A DNA stretch of 64,000 nucleotides from Patescibacteria group bacterium (GTDB taxonomy: Bacteria > Patescibacteriota > JABMPQ01): assembly GCA_018818965.1 (NCBI GenBank), contig JAHJQX010000014.1, positions 6,178 to 70,177 on the forward strand, given 5' to 3'. The notes beneath the pieces are model-generated. The model was not told where the DNA came from. It saw only the letters and a list, made by a program, of their open reading frames with translations, and did not search any database. Each line of letters begins with the position of its first letter. The first letter of the stretch is position 1. Positions 1 to 8,893 of this stretch are shown piece by piece. A program made the position numbers and the translations under genes.

Positions 1-71
1 GGGCCTATAGGTAAATGGTATACCATACCCTTCGCATGGGTGAATTCCGAGTTCGATTCTCGGTAGGTCCA
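1..71 (+). tRNA. tRNA-Ala (anticodon CGC)
   Basis: Cloverleaf read by hand: acceptor GGGCCTA/TAGGTCC with G3:U70 (Ala identity pair), D-stem GGTA/TACC, anticodon stem-loop with 7-nt loop TTCGCAT (anticodon CGC), T-arm CCGAG-TTCGATT-CTCGG, discriminator A; no encoded CCA. Confidence 0.8.
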
Positions 72-110
72 GAGAAGCACATATTACAACACATAATAAT
101 CTTGATTGCA

Positions 111-129
111 ATGTTCCACGTAGAACAAT
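111..129. repeat. Imperfect copy of palindromic repeat ATGTTCCACGTGGAACAT (atgttccacgtagaacaat)
   Basis: Seen in sequence upstream of the 170..1699 ORF; two perfect copies lie inside the ORF. Confidence 0.6.
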
Positions 130-169
130 CAGCACTATTCCCCTAGTTTAAAGCATATTTTATTTTAAA

Positions 170-1699
170 ATGTCAAAAATTACCGTAATTTTGAAGAATA
201 ATCTAGATCTAATCTTCTTTTATCTCTTTATTCTTTCTATCCCCCTGGAAAAACGTCATGTTTTTAATTTGAAGGCAGCTACTTGGAATGGTCATTTATT
301 TGAGTGGGGAGCCTTTTCTTTATATCTTTCAGATATATTATTCGCCCTCATCATAATATTTTGGCTGATAAAAGCCTTTATCTCTAAATTACAGGCGACG
401 GAAAGCCAACACCCAGTCCCCCACCAGAAGATCCGAATTAAGGGTTTATTAGCTTTATTATTTGCTTTTGTGGTAGTTGCCTTCTTATCAACGATCCGCA
501 GTGATATTTTATCTATCAGTTTCTATCATTTATTAAAGATATTAGAAGGCTGTTTATTGTTTATCTATATAGTAAAAAATATTTCTACTATTCCTAGTTT
601 TGTTAAATCTGCGGTATGTATAATGGCCGCCGCTTTTTTCCAGGCTGTTTTGGGTATCACACAGTATCTTTTGCAACGTTCCGTTGGTCTTAAAATAATT
701 GGGGAAGTAGATTTAGCACCTAGTATCCAGAATGTAGCTAAAGTCGATGTGTTTGGCACGAAACTAATCAGAGCTTATGGCACTATGCCCCATGCTAATT
801 TGTTGGGAGGTTTTTTGTTTGTTGGACTAGTGTTCACTGTACTTTTTATTTTAATCTTGGCTTTAAATAAAGGAATTAAGGGAAATGTTCCACGTGGAAC
901 ATTTCATAAAGAGATTGATATATTGAAAATGTTCCACGTGGAACATTTTGGTGGTAAAAATTACCTAAACCGAAAAAAGATATTAAAAATATTGATAGTC
1001 GTTTGTTGTCTGCTTTATTTAGGCTTTATTTTATCCTTTTCTCGTTCTGCCTATTTGGCTTTATTGCTGTCCCCATTAATTTTTGTCCCAATTATGTTTT
1101 TATTAGAAAAAAAGTTTTTTAAGCAAATATGGCAAACAACAAAATTGCTTTGGGGCAAATACCGTAAAATATGTGGCGCTCTAATTTTATTTATAATAGT
1201 AGTGACTTTAGCTTTTGCCCCCCATATTTTTTCTAAAACGGGGATAGAGCAAGCAGGGGATTATTCGATAACAAGTAGAATGTGGTATGCTAAATTAGCT
1301 TTGGCGATGATGCGTGATAACCCTGATTTTGGCTCTGGCCCAGGGATGTACACCTTCCAGATTGATAGATATATAAGCTTGGAAGAAGCGATTGAATGGT
1401 GGCAATATCAACCAGTCCATAATGTCCCCTTGTTGATTGGGTCTGAGTTAGGTATAACTTGCCTGTTATTGTTTTTGGTATTTGTTGGTTGGCTTGTCAT
1501 CTTGGCTTTTCTTTCTAGCAAAAGAAAAAAGGACCAAATGAGCAAATTATTATTGTTTGCAAGCCTGGTTAGCTTATTGGGTCTGGTTATAATCATGCAA
1601 TTTGATCATTACTTATGGACTTTACAGCAAGGAAGTTTGTTGTTTTGGCTTATTGCAGGAATGACAGCCACGGCTGCTACTAGACTAAGAAATCTTTAA
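170..1699 (+). CDS. O-antigen ligase / Wzy_C family polytopic membrane protein
   Basis: Multiple TM helices; SRSAYLALLL motif and downstream periplasmic loop (R..W..A..NP.FG.G.G) typical of WaaL/Wzy_C. Contains an in-frame hydrophilic insert carrying two copies of an 18-bp palindrome (see findings). Confidence 0.6.
   Translation: MSKITVILKNNLDLIFFYLFILSIPLEKRHVFNLKAATWNGHLFEWGAFSLYLSDILFALIIIFWLIKAFISKLQATESQHPVPHQKIRIKGLLALLFAFVVVAFLSTIRSDILSISFYHLLKILEGCLLFIYIVKNISTIPSFVKSAVCIMAAAFFQAVLGITQYLLQRSVGLKIIGEVDLAPSIQNVAKVDVFGTKLIRAYGTMPHANLLGGFLFVGLVFTVLFILILALNKGIKGNVPRGTFHKEIDILKMFHVEHFGGKNYLNRKKILKILIVVCCLLYLGFILSFSRSAYLALLLSPLIFVPIMFLLEKKFFKQIWQTTKLLWGKYRKICGALILFIIVVTLAFAPHIFSKTGIEQAGDYSITSRMWYAKLALAMMRDNPDFGSGPGMYTFQIDRYISLEEAIEWWQYQPVHNVPLLIGSELGITCLLLFLVFVGWLVILAFLSSKRKKDQMSKLLLFASLVSLLGLVIIMQFDHYLWTLQQGSLLFWLIAGMTATAATRLRNL
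885..902. repeat. Perfect 18-bp palindrome ATGTTCCACGTGGAACAT (copy 1, inside ORF)
   Basis: Exact self-complementary 18-mer read directly. Confidence 0.8.
929..946. repeat. Perfect 18-bp palindrome ATGTTCCACGTGGAACAT (copy 2, inside ORF, 44 bp after copy 1)
   Basis: Exact repeat of the 18-mer read directly. Confidence 0.8.
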
Positions 1700-1751
1700 A
1701 ATTAGCGCTAAAATCTATACTTTGGCTGAAAAACAGCTTAATTCACTACTT

Positions 1752-1779
1752 TTATCCACAATTACACAACTTATCCACA
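1752..1779 (+). promoter_or_regulatory. Two consensus DnaA boxes TTATCCACA (1752-1760 and 1771-1779) in direct orientation
   Basis: Perfect 9-mer DnaA-box consensus twice, 19 bp apart, in the intergenic region between convergent genes. Confidence 0.45.
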
Positions 1780-1784
1780 AAAAA

Positions 1785-1811
1785 ATACCCCGAATAAGTG
1801 GGGTATTTTTA
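1785..1811. terminator. Bidirectional intrinsic terminator (ATACCCC-gaataagt-GGGGTAT + T5)
   Basis: 7-bp GC-rich stem, 8-nt loop, flanked by A-run and T-run; lies between convergent ORFs. Confidence 0.7.
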
Positions 1812-1831
1812 CTGTTGAAACGCCCAAAATA

Positions 1832-2164
1832 CTAGGTTCTCATTAAAAAGTTGATTATTTCCCTAGATAATGGGGTTAAATAATGATATTGGCTTTCGGT
1901 GACAACTAACACTGACAACAACAAGACGAATAAAACCATAAGAACAGTAATCTTTTTTAAGTCTGCTTTAGCACTATAATCTATAGTGGCCGCTTGATCA
2001 CTGCTGGGTTTATTCATTGAAATAGAGGGGAGAGTATAACTTCTCTCCTGAGTGTCCTCTAAGAAGATTTTCCGGTTATCTTCTGGCTGTATCTGTTGCA
2101 ACTCATGTGCTCTTCTTTGTCGGGCTTTCTCCTTTTGTTTACGAGTTCTCTTCTTTTTTGGCAT
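1832..2164 (-). CDS. Hypothetical small protein, basic N-terminus (KKKRTRKQKEKARQRR) and one TM segment
   Basis: ORF with Lys/Arg-rich N-terminus followed by a hydrophobic helix; no recognisable family. Confidence 0.4.
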   Translation of the reverse strand: MPKKKRTRKQKEKARQRRAHELQQIQPEDNRKIFLEDTQERSYTLPSISMNKPSSDQAATIDYSAKADLKKITVLMVLFVLLLSVLVVTESQYHYLTPLSREIINFLMRT

Positions 2165-2190
2165 AAATTTGGCTTAATTTGGCTAAAAAG

Positions 2191-3327
2191 TTATATTTTG
2201 TTTTCTAGGATAAGTACAATTTTATCCGCTAGTTTATCACCTATTCCCTTGATTTTCTTAATTCCGTCTTTGCCTTCCTGCTGGTAAATTTCGACGATAT
2301 TGGTGGACATTTCGTCTAGAGCCCAGGCTCCCTTGCGGTAAGCCCATTCTCGATATCCGCCTTGACCGCTCAACTGTATTTCCCTGGCTTCTAGATAAAG
2401 ATGAGCAGCCACTTCTTTGTTTTTCCTCAGCTTGGCTGGGTAAAAAGAGACGGGGCGGGGGATATAGGGAATGACTTTATACTTCCGACAATATTTTAAA
2501 ACTAGCTCATGAACTTGCTTAGTGTATTCGTGAAAGCATCTATTGTCATTATAAAGCTCTTTGTATTTTGACACCAGGCCGGAATCATATTTTGCCAGTG
2601 CTTTATAAAAATAAGTACCACAGTAGCCCCATAAGGTTAACCCACCATCTAAGACATATTGACCGCCGGCTTCTTTGGTACTACGAACTACATTTTCGAT
2701 ATCCTCTGCATTATCGTAGATAAAGGGCAATATAGGCATGAAGACAGTGCCAGTGATGATGCCAGTCTGGCTGAGTTTTTTCATGGCGGCGAAGCGAGTA
2801 GCAACTGGCGGGGCTTTCGGTTCAAATATGGAGCGTGTTTTATCATCGCGAGCAGTAATAATCGACCAGCCAATATTGAGATGAGACTTCCGCTTTATTT
2901 TTTTTAGTAAACCTAAGTCTTCCAGGAGTAGGGGAGACTTACAGTTTATAAAAACAGGAAAGCCAAGATCATAGCAAACTTTCAAAAGCTTTTCACCCAT
3001 TCGGTATTTACTGTCTACTGGTTGGTAGCAATCAAGATAGATAAGATCCTTCGACTTCTTGGCTAAGGCCTTGCGTAGTAGTTCAGGAGCGTTAGTTTTG
3101 ATTTTAATGTATTGTGAAAAGGGATCGTCTAGTTGAGCTGCTTTCTCCGCTGGCAGTTTCTTATGTGGGTTGTATTTTTCGTCGCGACAATAGCAGTAAA
3201 CACAGCCCCACTGGCAGCCAATATAAGGGGAGGCAGAATATTTACCCCAAAACCAGCCGCCATCCCCGTGTTTTTGGGTGTTGAGGATAGTTTTAGGCTG
3301 GTAGGGCTGGTAGTTAACCTTCGCCAT
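2191..3327 (-). CDS. Radical SAM protein, spore-photoproduct-lyase-like / DNA repair photolyase family (COG1533-like) with C-terminal helix-hairpin-helix
   Basis: CQWGCVYC = Cx3Cx2C radical-SAM cluster motif near the N-terminus; overall SplB-like length; C-terminal IKGIGDKLADKIV HhH motif. Confidence 0.65.
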   Translation of the reverse strand: MAKVNYQPYQPKTILNTQKHGDGGWFWGKYSASPYIGCQWGCVYCYCRDEKYNPHKKLPAEKAAQLDDPFSQYIKIKTNAPELLRKALAKKSKDLIYLDCYQPVDSKYRMGEKLLKVCYDLGFPVFINCKSPLLLEDLGLLKKIKRKSHLNIGWSIITARDDKTRSIFEPKAPPVATRFAAMKKLSQTGIITGTVFMPILPFIYDNAEDIENVVRSTKEAGGQYVLDGGLTLWGYCGTYFYKALAKYDSGLVSKYKELYNDNRCFHEYTKQVHELVLKYCRKYKVIPYIPRPVSFYPAKLRKNKEVAAHLYLEAREIQLSGQGGYREWAYRKGAWALDEMSTNIVEIYQQEGKDGIKKIKGIGDKLADKIVLILENKI

Positions 3328-3997
3328 ATTTTTTTAGCAGCTTATTAGCCTTGTTTTTGATCCCTGCCTGGGAGTGGTTGGAATATTCCTGCGCAATTTT
3401 CACAATTTGCTTTCTAATTTTTGTATCCGCGTTCTCTGCTATTTTCAGAAAACTATCTAAGACAGTATTAGTTTGGTTTGGTATTTTTTTGAGAGTATCT
3501 GCCAAGATCGGGAAAACTTTTTTGGCGTGAACATCTGTTAGAGTGCCTATACAACCTAAATAAAAAATAGTGCGATTAAATAAACAAGCTCCACTGTCAG
3601 CCGCCAAGAACTTTTTTGCTTTAGCTAAGGCTTTTGAGGTAGTAGCGGGATCTAGTTCAGCACAGAGGCCAAGAGTTCTAATAATCATCCAGCGGGTTTG
3701 AGGCTCTGGAGCATCAAGAGCTGGCAGTAGTGACTGTAAATTATTTTTTAGCAGCTGTGAGTCTTGCTCGGCTACCATTTCGATTATTTTGGCCGCTCCG
3801 GCACGCACATTCTTATTATTAGAGACGACTAATTTAATTGCCTCATCTAGTATTTGATTATTCCCGACCAAGACTTTCCTGGCCAAAGACTTACCGAGTA
3901 CAGAGGATAATGTGCCTTTATTTTTTTCAAGTTGTGATAATAGACTTTTTGCCATAGCAGTTTTGTTAAAATATAAAATTGCAGGGACGTCATTCAA
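3314..3997 (-). CDS. Hypothetical alpha-helical (HEAT/ARM-like) protein; true start probably internal ATG (MAKSLL...)
   Basis: ORF-track start is a non-ATG codon overlapping a perfect 10-bp hairpin; repeated helical LxxL/AxxA pattern. Confidence 0.45.
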   Translation of the reverse strand: MNDVPAILYFNKTAMAKSLLSQLEKNKGTLSSVLGKSLARKVLVGNNQILDEAIKLVVSNNKNVRAGAAKIIEMVAEQDSQLLKNNLQSLLPALDAPEPQTRWMIIRTLGLCAELDPATTSKALAKAKKFLAADSGACLFNRTIFYLGCIGTLTDVHAKKVFPILADTLKKIPNQTNTVLDSFLKIAENADTKIRKQIVKIAQEYSNHSQAGIKNKANKLLKKYGEG

Positions 3998-4005
3998 CGT
4001 CCCTG
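3980..4005 (-). terminator. Perfect 10-bp hairpin GCAGGGACGT-cattca-ACGTCCCTGC, T-rich on minus strand after it
   Basis: Directly downstream (minus sense) of the 49-aa ORF stop; overlaps the annotated start of 3314..3997. Confidence 0.55.
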
Positions 4006-4023
4006 CATGATCAATAGCTACTG

Positions 4024-4173
4024 TTACTTGCTGTCTTCCTCTTTCGGCTCAAAGCTCTTTGTCGGACACTGGTCGGTATCCAGTTCAGCATCTACTTCGT
4101 GGCCAAAGCAATCACCTTTAGCCGCATCTTCTTCTTTGGTTTTGAAGAATTTGCAGTCTTTGCATTTTGGCAT
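4024..4173 (-). CDS. Small Cys-containing protein (49 aa, MPKCKDCKFFKTKEEDAAKGDCFGHEVDAELDTDQCPTKSFEPKEEDSK), possible zinc-ribbon-like
   Basis: Hand-translated ORF below the 60-aa track cutoff; CxxC...C...C arrangement; followed by a strong hairpin. Confidence 0.3.
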   Translation of the reverse strand: MPKCKDCKFFKTKEEDAAKGDCFGHEVDAELDTDQCPTKSFEPKEEDSK

Positions 4174-4196
4174 GGTTGTGGGTTAATTATTTTAAA

Positions 4197-4421
4197 TTAG
4201 TCTCTTAATTTATTAAGATGTTTACTAATTACCTCTGGTTTCACCAAAGAAATCCCATCAGAATTTTTGCGCCGCAAAACTAACAGCTTATTCCCAGTTT
4301 TTATTTTTAATTCTTTACGCACATTGGCTGGAATAGCAATCTGTCCTTTGTCGCTAACAGTTACCCAACCATAAAAACCAGATTTATGAGTACAAATTCC
4401 CTTTTTTCTTTTTGCTGGCAT
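4197..4421 (-). CDS. AbrB/MazE/SpoVT-family DNA-binding protein (swapped-hairpin beta barrel)
   Basis: GWVTVSDKGQIAIPANVRKELKIKTGNKL matches the SpoVT/AbrB domain. Confidence 0.6.
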   Translation of the reverse strand: MPAKRKKGICTHKSGFYGWVTVSDKGQIAIPANVRKELKIKTGNKLLVLRRKNSDGISLVKPEVISKHLNKLRD

Positions 4422-4463
4422 GGGTAAAGTAAGAAATACTAGAATAATCTTACCTGAGCTAAA

Positions 4464-5204
4464 TTATTTGTCAAGAGAACTCAGTAAATCTTTAATTATT
4501 TTCTTTTCTTGAGGTGCTAGGTAAGTAATTGCTTTTCTCATTACCGTAGCGGAGATTTTCTGGCCTAGCTTAATCCGCCGCACGAGAAACTTTACTAGCA
4601 GCTTGGGATGATACTTGCCGATCGTCTTCAGCCCCCAGCCGATTCCTTTGGCGACATCAATTTGTTTGTCCTCGAGATGGGGCTCTATTAAGCCCAGAAG
4701 TCTAGTAGTCTTTTCCGATTGATCAATCACTCGTTTGCTAAAGAAATGGATAGCTACTCCAACACTTCTTTTTACCCAATTATTATCGTCTGACAACAAC
4801 TTTTGCAAATAGGGGAGAGTTTGATCGAAGTGATCCACTAGAGCTTGTCCTAAGCTACGTTCGCCGATGATATCACAGACGTACCAAGTGTCACCTTGAA
4901 TAATATATTCCCGACTTTTTGTCATCACCCTTTTCATATCTTGATCCAAGTGGGGAATTAATGCTCGGCTGACAACGACAAATCCGCCCATGGCATTGTA
5001 TTTGATGATGGCGTCAAAAAATGGAAAGTATTTTTGCTTGTTGTCCAAACTGGCTTGGCCGATCAAGCTACCGAGCTTATCTAGTTTAGCAAAAGGGATT
5101 TTATTATCGAGAATTGGTTTGATAACCTGGGAAGCTAAGTTAGGTCTCCCCGTTTCCACTAAATTAATTATTTTTTTCGCAGTTTTGGTGAGGTCAGTGT
5201 TCAT
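4464..5204 (-). CDS. DNA alkylation repair enzyme-like HEAT-repeat protein (AlkC/AlkD family)
   Basis: C-terminal DNNWVKRSVGVAIHFFSKR resembles the AlkD-family conserved W-V-R-R...A/G-W-ALR region; helical repeat length. Confidence 0.45.
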   Translation of the reverse strand: MNTDLTKTAKKIINLVETGRPNLASQVIKPILDNKIPFAKLDKLGSLIGQASLDNKQKYFPFFDAIIKYNAMGGFVVVSRALIPHLDQDMKRVMTKSREYIIQGDTWYVCDIIGERSLGQALVDHFDQTLPYLQKLLSDDNNWVKRSVGVAIHFFSKRVIDQSEKTTRLLGLIEPHLEDKQIDVAKGIGWGLKTIGKYHPKLLVKFLVRRIKLGQKISATVMRKAITYLAPQEKKIIKDLLSSLDK

Positions 5205-5342
5205 TTTATAGTTGAGTGTTTATTACGGGATTAATCATAGCGAAGAATACTATTTTTTCCAATATCCTTATTACTTTATTGACGGAGCGGGGAATTTATA
5301 ATAGAGTTAGCAGTATTAGATTAGTAATTAGAGAACAAGCAA

Positions 5343-6374
5343 ATGAATAATTCGTGGGGTAAGTGGAGTTTGTTGTTGGCTATCACACTAGTGGTTACCT
5401 TGGGAACGACTGGCTGTGTGAGTAAAATAAAAGAGGCAGCTAAAAGTGTGAGTGAATCAGTGAGCTCGAAGATGAGCACAATAGACTATCTTAACAAGAT
5501 TGTTGAAGCATCCAAAGCACCTAGTAGCCAGGTAAATGACTGGGCTTACGCGAGCTTTAATAGTCATCTGACTCTCATTGAAAGCACACCTAAAGAATGC
5601 AGCTATACCATGGAGCTTAATGAAATGGCTGACCAGAGTAATTTGCTAGGTGATAAAATATCAGTTGAGGACGAGTCGGTTAAAAACAAAGTCGAACCAA
5701 AATTCAAGGCTTATATAGATTCCTATGAGACTTTGCGGGAAGCGAATAACAAACTGGCCGATTATTGCAACCGGGAAACATACAAAGATGATGATGGCGC
5801 CCAGGTTTCTCCTTTGACCGAGGATGTTAAAAGCAAGATGTCTGATTTCATCACCGAAGATAATGATCTGAACAGCACCATTAAGGAAATCCAGCGGGAC
5901 ACTGATTTGGGGATTGATGAAAATAGTACTGATCCCTATGACGTTATCACTCTAGCCTCTGATGCTCTTACTAACGATATTGAAGATGCCCACGCCGCCT
6001 ATTCTAGTTGGGTTACAGCCAAGGCCGATGGTGGAAATCCAGACGCTTCGACGGTAAAGAGCGCTGAAGATAAGCTTAAGGCCGATATGAAGAAATATAA
6101 AGAAAAAGCTGACAGCGTTAAAGCTGAAGAAGCTGAATCAGTCGGATCGTATTATACATCATACATCAGTGAAGTAGATGACTTCGATGTCGAATATGAG
6201 AAGTTTGTTCGGGACGTGGAAAGCGGGGAGCTAACGACAGCCAAGGCCAACGAATTAATTGAAGAAGATCAGACGGGAATAACTGGCAGTGCGGTCTATG
6301 GTGCCTATAGTGATGTAATCGAAGCCCACAATAATATCGTGGATGCTGTTGAACGTTATAATCTGTATAGCTAA
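5343..6374 (+). CDS. Secreted lipoprotein, acidic, hypothetical
   Basis: Signal peptide with lipobox LGTTGC; Asp/Glu-rich mature region. Confidence 0.5.
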   Translation: MNNSWGKWSLLLAITLVVTLGTTGCVSKIKEAAKSVSESVSSKMSTIDYLNKIVEASKAPSSQVNDWAYASFNSHLTLIESTPKECSYTMELNEMADQSNLLGDKISVEDESVKNKVEPKFKAYIDSYETLREANNKLADYCNRETYKDDDGAQVSPLTEDVKSKMSDFITEDNDLNSTIKEIQRDTDLGIDENSTDPYDVITLASDALTNDIEDAHAAYSSWVTAKADGGNPDASTVKSAEDKLKADMKKYKEKADSVKAEEAESVGSYYTSYISEVDDFDVEYEKFVRDVESGELTTAKANELIEEDQTGITGSAVYGAYSDVIEAHNNIVDAVERYNLYS

Positions 6375-6484
6375 CTTTTTTTCAATCTTGGCGATCAACG
6401 CAGGGTGAACATTTATTCACCCTGTTTGTATATATGTACTATTTTGTGATATAGTTTAAGTGATAAATAAGTAAATCATAAATC

Positions 6485-7294
6485 ATGGAAGGCATTGTCT
6501 CGTTCTTAGTGTTTGTTTTCTTTGTCTGGGGTGGAATTACTTTTTTCTCGCTAATTTTCATGATCAAGCAGATTGATCAGTACGAGAGGGGAGTGAAGTT
6601 TCAGTTTGGTAAGTACCGCAAGATAATGGAACCAGGTTGGCGGATAATAATTCCAATTATCCAATCATACCGCAAAGTAGATATGCGCGTAAAAGCAGTC
6701 GATGTACCTGATCAGGAGGCGATGACCAAAGATAATATCTCAGTCACAATCAACGCCGTTATTTATTACCGGGTGGCTGCTGCCGAGAAAGTTATTCTAG
6801 AGGTGGAGAACTACGAGTATGCTATGAGTCAGTTAGCGCAGACAACAATGCGCAATGCAGTTGGTGAAGTCGAATTAGATTTATTGTTAAGCCAGCGAGA
6901 AGAAGTCTCTAGTCGTATTAAAGGAATAGTGGATGCTGCCACTGACCCCTGGGGTATTAGTGTGCAAGGAGTTGAACTTAAGGATGTGATATTGCCAGGG
7001 GAGATGAAGCGGACGATTGCCAAACAAGCGGAAGCAGAGCGAGAAAAACGTTCGGTGATAATTAAAGCTGAGGGTGAAGTTTTATCAGCCGAAAATATGG
7101 CTAAAGCAGCCAAGATCTTGTCTGGAACAACTGGCGCCCTTCATTTGCGAACGTTACAGACTATAAACGATCTATCCTCTGACCAATCGAATACTATCAT
7201 TTTCGCTGTGCCAGTAGAGATATTGCGAGCTTTCGAAAGAGCGGGAATTGGTTTACAACGAAAAAAGCCGGGTTCACCCGAGCAATCCGCTTAA
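6485..7294 (+). CDS. SPFH/Band 7 (stomatin/prohibitin-like) membrane protein
   Basis: N-terminal TM segment followed by an SPFH domain (YERGVKFQFGKY...ISVTINAVIYYRV) and a coiled-coil KQAEAEREKR. Confidence 0.75.
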   Translation: MEGIVSFLVFVFFVWGGITFFSLIFMIKQIDQYERGVKFQFGKYRKIMEPGWRIIIPIIQSYRKVDMRVKAVDVPDQEAMTKDNISVTINAVIYYRVAAAEKVILEVENYEYAMSQLAQTTMRNAVGEVELDLLLSQREEVSSRIKGIVDAATDPWGISVQGVELKDVILPGEMKRTIAKQAEAEREKRSVIIKAEGEVLSAENMAKAAKILSGTTGALHLRTLQTINDLSSDQSNTIIFAVPVEILRAFERAGIGLQRKKPGSPEQSA

Positions 7295-7320
7295 CCAGTT
7301 AGCAAACTAAAAAAAGCTGG

Positions 7321-8151
7321 TTAAAAATTCCTTTCCTTTCCCACAATAACTTTTAAAAGCTGTTTACCTACTCCTACCTTAATCGGAGGTTGAAGCTTTT
7401 TAGTATAGTCAGCTAGAATGGTGATTTTATCTGGAGAAGTTATCTCTAATTTTTGGGCGGAAATGAAACTAGTATCTTCTTTGGCAGGTTCGCCGGTATC
7501 ATTGTGAGTAATTAAATCCACGAAACCATCTTGCGGACTGACTTTGCCGGCACTAACCCCCGATTTTTTTAATATTTCTTCCCAACCAGCCGGGGAGTTG
7601 CAAATAGCTATTCTCTGAGCAGAAGTTTTGACAGTAAAATCCCGCACTTTAATGGTTACAGTCGGTCTTTTTTTCTGACGGCTGAAAATATTTCTCAGCT
7701 TCCCTACACTGCTGCCTAAGCGTTTGCAAGTGATATTGAGAGAATTAATAAAACAAGTACCCTCGTTAGCATAGCCAATGTCGATCTTTTCTAGTTTACG
7801 GCGGGAAATAGCCAGACAAGCTTTTTCAATATCGTGAGACATGCCTAAAGTACCAGCGATATAGGAGGGGTCAAAAGGGATCAGGCCAAAGACAGTTTTT
7901 TTGCTGCTGGCATTACTTTTGAGGATAGCATTGATAGTGTAGTGGGCAGTGGCATCGTCACCGACAGCAATAATATTATAATGTCGCCCGCTGCTCAAGG
8001 CACCATCGACCGCATTTTCGATTGTGGTAGTAGTACTAATTTCTGCCTTATCATTGAGAATACCAAGCTCATTTAGTTTAGTCTGCATTTGACCAAATTT
8101 CTTGGTGTTCTTTTTGCTGCCTACCAACTTATCGTAGACGTAAAAAAACAT
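7321..8151 (-). CDS. Lipid kinase, diacylglycerol-kinase catalytic-domain family (YegS/BmrU-like)
   Basis: IIAVGDDAT variant of the GGDGT DAGK_cat motif; overall ~280 aa. Confidence 0.55.
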   Translation of the reverse strand: MFFYVYDKLVGSKKNTKKFGQMQTKLNELGILNDKAEISTTTTIENAVDGALSSGRHYNIIAVGDDATAHYTINAILKSNASSKKTVFGLIPFDPSYIAGTLGMSHDIEKACLAISRRKLEKIDIGYANEGTCFINSLNITCKRLGSSVGKLRNIFSRQKKRPTVTIKVRDFTVKTSAQRIAICNSPAGWEEILKKSGVSAGKVSPQDGFVDLITHNDTGEPAKEDTSFISAQKLEITSPDKITILADYTKKLQPPIKVGVGKQLLKVIVGKERNF

Positions 8152-8169
8152 GATGGTTGGCTAAGCGCT

Positions 8170-8616
8170 CTATCCTTGTTTAGGAGGAGTGGTTGATTCA
8201 GGAGTTGGCTTTTCTTTTGGTTTGCTGGTAGTGGTTGGGCTTTGTGGTTGATCACCATTGATCATATTGCACTGCCCAGAAAAACTAGCGCCGGTGGCGA
8301 TAGATAAGATTTTAGCGGCGATGTCGCCAGATATTTTTCCACTTTTTTCGACCTTTAATCTTTCAATGGCTTTAACACTTCCCTCAACGGTGCCCGAGAT
8401 AGTAACATTAGTTGCTTCCACATCAGCTTCGATATTAGCACTTTCCTCGATGAAGATATCACCTTTAGTTTGTACTTTACCCGCCACTTGACCGAAAATT
8501 TTCATATTATTTTGTCCGATCAAATCACCCTCTACTCTGACTGAAGCACCGATAATAGTTTCAATGTCTCCCTCTGTTTTTATTGTTTCCATGTCTTCCT
8601 CGTTGTTTTTAAACAT
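8170..8616 (-). CDS. Bactofilin (DUF583) with Pro/Thr-rich C-terminal tail
   Basis: Repetitive beta-helical G-x-V/I pattern (VRVEGDLIGQ..IFGQVAGKV..IEADVEATNVTISGTVEGSV) typical of bactofilins. Confidence 0.7.
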   Translation of the reverse strand: MFKNNEEDMETIKTEGDIETIIGASVRVEGDLIGQNNMKIFGQVAGKVQTKGDIFIEESANIEADVEATNVTISGTVEGSVKAIERLKVEKSGKISGDIAAKILSIATGASFSGQCNMINGDQPQSPTTTSKPKEKPTPESTTPPKQG

Positions 8617-8634
8617 TTAATTCAATTAGCTTAT

Positions 8635-8880
8635 TTAATTTGAGCTTTTATTATCCTTTTTATCTTTTTTCTTCTCTGAGCGACGAGTTGATTTATCATT
8701 TTTATCTTTAATCTCTAATACTGGTTTGCCCCGATAAGCGCCGCAACTAGCACAAACATGATGAGGCAATGTTGGCTCCTGACATTGTGGGCAAGTATTG
8801 ATAGCTTTTGGCGATAAAGCATGATGACTGCGTCGTTGGTTGCGGGCTGATCTAGTTGTTTTTTTCTTGGGAACGGCCAT
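8635..8880 (-). CDS. rpmF: 50S ribosomal protein L32 with Lys-rich C-terminal extension
   Basis: [17 protein letters not shown]...CPQC...C..C zinc-ribbon L32 signature. Confidence 0.85.
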   Translation of the reverse strand: MAVPKKKTTRSARNQRRSHHALSPKAINTCPQCQEPTLPHHVCASCGAYRGKPVLEIKDKNDKSTRRSEKKKDKKDNKSSN

Positions 8881-8893
8881 TATTATAAATTAA

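Noticed and set aside
5271-5303. Candidate promoter TTGACG...TATAAT upstream of the lipoprotein gene at 5343
   Set aside because: Spacer between the hexamers is only ~12 nt, outside the functional 16-18 nt range.
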